NCBI GenBank assembly: GCA_001784285.1
Contig: MFQC01000004.1
Location: forward strand, 1-49,485
Reading direction: 5' to 3'
Length of the DNA: 49,485 nt
Source of the DNA: Candidatus Magasanikbacteria bacterium RIFCSPHIGHO2_02_FULL_48_18
GTDB taxonomy: Bacteria; Patescibacteriota; Patescibacteriia; Magasanikbacterales; UBA922
In this document: positions 46,054-49,485 of the stretch, piece by piece
Layout: each line of letters opens with the position of its first letter
Position numbering within the stretch: position 1 is the first letter of the stretch
The notes under the pieces: model-generated
Databases searched by the model: none
Told to the model about the DNA's origin: nothing
The model's input: only the letters and a program-made list of their open reading frames with translations
Made by a program: the position numbers and the translations under genes

Positions 46054-46160
46054 AAAAAATAAATCAAAAGTCAAATACCATGTACATTTTGAATGTGAAT
46101 TTTAAATCTTGAATTATAGTATTATAGAGTATACCACAATTCAGCGAGAAGCAGGAATAC

Positions 46161-46186
46161 AAAAACCCTGTGTTCTTTGCACAGGG
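46161..46186 (-). terminator. Terminator after ftsH
   Basis: Minus strand CCCTGTG-CAAAGAA-CACAGGG followed by T5. Confidence 0.7.
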
Positions 46187-46210
46187 CATGTATTCGTCTC
46201 AACTATTCAT

Positions 46211-48100
46211 TTATACGGTTATGGTTCCAGTGACCGTTTCTTCTTTGATTTTTTCTTCCTTTTGGGCGCCAGGCGTTCCCATGACGACGAGAAATTCCTC
46301 TTGCTCGACGGTTTCTTTTTCCAACAGCACACTGACGAGAGCGTCAACCTCTTTGCGATGATCATGAAAAATTTTTTCCGCGCGCTTTTTTGCGGTACTC
46401 AGCACGCGGTCAATTTCTTCGTCAATAAGTTCAGCGGTTTTTTCACTGTAATTTTTCTTCGCGTGAATCTCCTGCGCCAAAAAGATAAGCTCCTCATTGT
46501 CTCCATACTGGCGCGGCCCGAGTTTTTCACTCATGCCATGCCGCATAATCATGGCCGTCGCCATATGCGTGGCTTGTTTCAAATCGCTTGCGGGGCCGGT
46601 GGTCATATTCTCGTGGCCATACACCGTCTCTTCGGCGACCAAGCCGCCCATTGCCATAGCCAGTTCGTCTTGAAATTTGCCAAGGGTTTTATAATGGATA
46701 TCTTGCTCCGGCATGGACAGCGTGTACCCGCCGGCCATGCCGCGGCCGATAATGGATACTTTGCGCACAGGATCGCAATTGGGAAGAAAGTGGGCGACGA
46801 CCGCATGCCCGGCCTCATGGTAGGCAGTCATTTTTCTGTCTTTTTCTGTCATAACGCGAGACTTGCGTTGCGGGCCAAGCATGACTTTTTCAATGCTTTC
46901 CAAAATTTCTTCTTCCGTAATAGTTTTTTTATTTCGCCGAACGGTCAAAATGGCCGCCTCATTCAGCAAATTCTCAAGGTCAGCGCCGGAAAACCCGGGC
47001 GTGCGTTCGGCCAGCTTTTTTAAAGATACGTCTTCCGAGAGCGGCTTTCCTTTTGCGTGAACGAGCAAAATTTCCTCTCGTTCTTTAATGTCCGGCATAG
47101 AAATAACCACGCGGCGATCAAATCGCCCGGGACGCAACAAGGCCTGGTCCAGAACATCCGGACGGTTGGTTGCGGCAATGACAATCACGCCAAGATGCGG
47201 ATCAAACCCATCCATTTCAACCAAAATTTGATTGAGCGTTTGCTCTCGTTCATCATGCGATCCGCCAAGACCGGCCCCTCGTTTTCGGCCCACTGCGTCG
47301 ATTTCGTCAATAAAGACAATGGCCGGAGCCGCTTTTTTTGCTTTTTGAAACAAATCACGAACACGGCTGGCGCCCACGCCTACAAACATTTCGACAAATT
47401 CCGAACCGGAAATATGAAAAAATGGCACGTTTGCTTCTCCCGCGACCGCTTTGGCGAGAAGCGTTTTTCCGGTTCCCGGAGAACCCATAAGCAAAACCCC
47501 TTTCGGAATTTTTGCTCCCATGTCCGTAAAGCGTTTCGGATTTTTCAAAAAATCAACCACTTCTTCCAGCTCTTCCTTGGCTTCATGCGCGCCGGCAACG
47601 TCTTGAAACGTTTTTTTGTCCTTATCGTCCTGTTTTGCCTGGCGGGCCGCGCTCTGGCCAAACCCCATGGCGCGATTATTGACGCCCTGCACCTGGCGAC
47701 TCATGAAAAAAATAATCAATCCAATCAAAAGAAATGGAAAAAGATACGGCGCAATAACGCGAAGGGCCACCTTCCATCCTTCTTCTTCTTTGACCTGTAT
47801 CTGTCCAATGGCAAGCCGCTTTTCTTGGGACACTCCATATTCGTCCAAAAGTTCGGAAAGCGTTTGACCGATTTCTTTTTTTACTTCCTGCTGTTTTTTG
47901 TCTTGATCCCGCAATACCACCTGAATGGTGTCGCCTTCAATGGAAAGACTCTCCACTTGGCCATTATTGATTTGCTCTATCAATGTCGATATGCCGATCT
48001 TCTCAGGCTTGTCTTCCGGAGAACGAAACGTGCTAAAGACGAGCGCAATCAAAAGAAGCGTGAGGATGACAATGCCAAAATTTTTCAAAAGATTTTTCAT
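46211..48100 (-). CDS. ftsH: ATP-dependent zinc metalloprotease FtsH
   Basis: Two N-terminal TMs, [26 protein letters not shown]. Confidence 0.97.
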   Translation of the reverse strand: MKNLLKNFGIVILTLLLIALVFSTFRSPEDKPEKIGISTLIEQINNGQVESLSIEGDTIQVVLRDQDKKQQEVKKEIGQTLSELLDEYGVSQEKRLAIGQIQVKEEEGWKVALRVIAPYLFPFLLIGLIIFFMSRQVQGVNNRAMGFGQSAARQAKQDDKDKKTFQDVAGAHEAKEELEEVVDFLKNPKRFTDMGAKIPKGVLLMGSPGTGKTLLAKAVAGEANVPFFHISGSEFVEMFVGVGASRVRDLFQKAKKAAPAIVFIDEIDAVGRKRGAGLGGSHDEREQTLNQILVEMDGFDPHLGVIVIAATNRPDVLDQALLRPGRFDRRVVISMPDIKEREEILLVHAKGKPLSEDVSLKKLAERTPGFSGADLENLLNEAAILTVRRNKKTITEEEILESIEKVMLGPQRKSRVMTEKDRKMTAYHEAGHAVVAHFLPNCDPVRKVSIIGRGMAGGYTLSMPEQDIHYKTLGKFQDELAMAMGGLVAEETVYGHENMTTGPASDLKQATHMATAMIMRHGMSEKLGPRQYGDNEELIFLAQEIHAKKNYSEKTAELIDEEIDRVLSTAKKRAEKIFHDHRKEVDALVSVLLEKETVEQEEFLVVMGTPGAQKEEKIKEETVTGTITV

Positions 48101-49314
48101 ACAACCTGTTCATCTTTTGATTCCAATTCTTGAGAAACATCTTGCGCCGGCGCGCTGTCTTCTTTGGCGGCGGCCTCGGATTCGGCGGCCTTCTGCTTTT
48201 TGGGAGAAGACCCATCTCCCAATTTCAGACCCAACCGATGTTCCGCAGGTTCGATGGTAATAATTTCAAAGCGATGGGTGTCGCCGACAACAAACTTTTC
48301 TTTAATATCTTTTTCTGTCATGGGTTTGGGAGACAATTCTGAGATATGAGCCAAACCGTGGATGTCTTCATCGAGACGGATCATAAGGCCAAACGGCTCC
48401 ACTTTGTGAATCTGTCCCTCAACCACTGTGCCAACCGCATATTTTTCTTTGACTCGCTTCCACGGATCTTCCATGAGCCGTTTGATGGAAAGATAAATTT
48501 TTGATTTGTTCAAGTCGATAATCTGCGCCTCAACGCTTTGGCCGATTTTCAATACATCGCGCGGGTGGTCAATGCGTTGCCACGCAATTTCGGAAATATG
48601 AATCAGGCCTTCCAGGCCTTCGCCAAATTTCATGAACGCGCCAAACGATGTCAAGGCGCTAATTTCACCTTTGACAACATCCCCAATTTTATAAGATTCC
48701 AAAACACTCTTTTGGTCGTCTTCCCACACCGCTTTTTCTGAGACGATCAGCTTCTCCTCTTTTTGATTCACGTCGATTATTTGGACATCAATTTCCTTAC
48801 CAATCATAATTTTGAGATGTTCCAAAATTTTATTTTTGTCCCCTCCGGGAACCCGGGGATAATTCTCGGGACTCAATTGCGACACCGGCATAAATCCGGT
48901 CAGGGCGTCCACCTTCATCATAAGTCCTCCCTTATTGGCTTGAATAATTTTCCCTTTAAGAGTGATATGATCCGTCATATATTGACGCATCCTGTCCCAT
49001 ACGCGCTCATGGCCGGCAATGCGAAACGAAAGCTCCATTTCTCCATCTTCATTTTCCTGGTCAATAACGGTCGCTTCCACCTCGTCTCCAAGAGCAATGT
49101 CGCTGAATTCTTTGGATTCGCTAAAAAGTTCCGGACCGCGGATAACACCGGTCGTCAGCCCTTCAACATCAATGCGTATTTCTCCATTTTCGACAGCAAT
49201 AACTTTCCCGACCACCGTGTCCCCGATGTTTGGAACTTTGGTAAAAAATTTTTTTATGAGATCGCCAAATGGCGAACCGTTTTTTCCCTCTATAGTGTCA
49301 TGTTCGTTTGACAT
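48097..49314 (-). CDS. rpsA: 30S ribosomal protein S1 (four S1 domains)
   Basis: Repeated S1 domains: NKGGL, FGAF...EGLIHISEI, FGL...GLAHISEL. Confidence 0.88.
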   Translation of the reverse strand: MSNEHDTIEGKNGSPFGDLIKKFFTKVPNIGDTVVGKVIAVENGEIRIDVEGLTTGVIRGPELFSESKEFSDIALGDEVEATVIDQENEDGEMELSFRIAGHERVWDRMRQYMTDHITLKGKIIQANKGGLMMKVDALTGFMPVSQLSPENYPRVPGGDKNKILEHLKIMIGKEIDVQIIDVNQKEEKLIVSEKAVWEDDQKSVLESYKIGDVVKGEISALTSFGAFMKFGEGLEGLIHISEIAWQRIDHPRDVLKIGQSVEAQIIDLNKSKIYLSIKRLMEDPWKRVKEKYAVGTVVEGQIHKVEPFGLMIRLDEDIHGLAHISELSPKPMTEKDIKEKFVVGDTHRFEIITIEPAEHRLGLKLGDGSSPKKQKAAESEAAAKEDSAPAQDVSQELESKDEQVV

Positions 49315-49428
49315 AAAAACTTCCTCCTGATTAACGTGCCACCATAATAAAGCGGACACGCTCCGGACGTTCCGGATACGTTAAAGCGAAAGCCATCATA
49401 CCATACATTTTTTTCTTTTGCAAGAGGA

Positions 49429-49485
49429 TGTACAGTTCACCATATGAGGTGACACTCTGCTAAACTAGAGGTGACAAAGGTAAAC
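49429..49485 (+). mobile_element. Left end of IS481-like element
   Basis: TGTACAGTTCACCATATGAGGTGACACT is 22/28 identical to the reverse complement of 66..93; GAGGTGACA is repeated at 49446 and 49468. Confidence 0.7.

Noticed and set aside
46109-48133. Long plus-strand ORFs 46109..47023 and 47057..48133
   Set aside because: They are antisense to ftsH with no protein-like motifs.
94-49428. 49-kb composite transposon
   Set aside because: The cargo is essential core genes and no outer target duplication is visible. Independent IS copies breaking the assembly is the simpler explanation.
1-49485. Alternative genetic code (UGA read as Gly, as in Gracilibacteria)
   Set aside because: Conserved genes are intact under code 11, and several (ldh, dCMP deaminase, ftsH) end at TGA at the expected length.

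Overview
Core-genome contig of a Patescibacteria/CPR (Parcubacteria-like) bacterium using genetic code 11. The taxonomy is inferred from gene content and the scarcity of Shine-Dalgarno sites. Both ends break in copies of an IS481-like element. Housekeeping genes: rpmE, prfA, prmC, rplY, rodA, gyrB, secE-nusG-rplK, ldh, rplA, gatB, miaA, miaB, thrS, a PilB/GspE ATPase, ftsH and rpsA. There is a deoxynucleotide block (DNPH1-like protein, TrmB regulator, two HD phosphatases, dCMP deaminase, kinase, dut, thyA, folA, tmk). There is also a de novo pyrimidine operon (pyrB-pyrI-pyrC-OTC-like-pyrD-pyrK-pyrE-pyrF) that lacks carAB and has a pyrL-like attenuator. The most striking item is an ORF-free RNA module at 18993-19249 on the minus strand. 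A consensus sigma70 promoter drives a ~70-nt small RNA whose 5' end is complementary to the anticodon loop and D arm of a non-canonical tRNA-Ala-like RNA encoded just downstream (G3:U70, UGC in an 8-nt loop). That RNA's own 5' leader can also mask its CCA end, making this a candidate tRNA-like/antisense-RNA (toxin-antitoxin-like) system. Other notable items are inverted 7-9-nt repeat arrays at gene junctions, a duplicated ECF promoter motif and a high-GC orphan gene.
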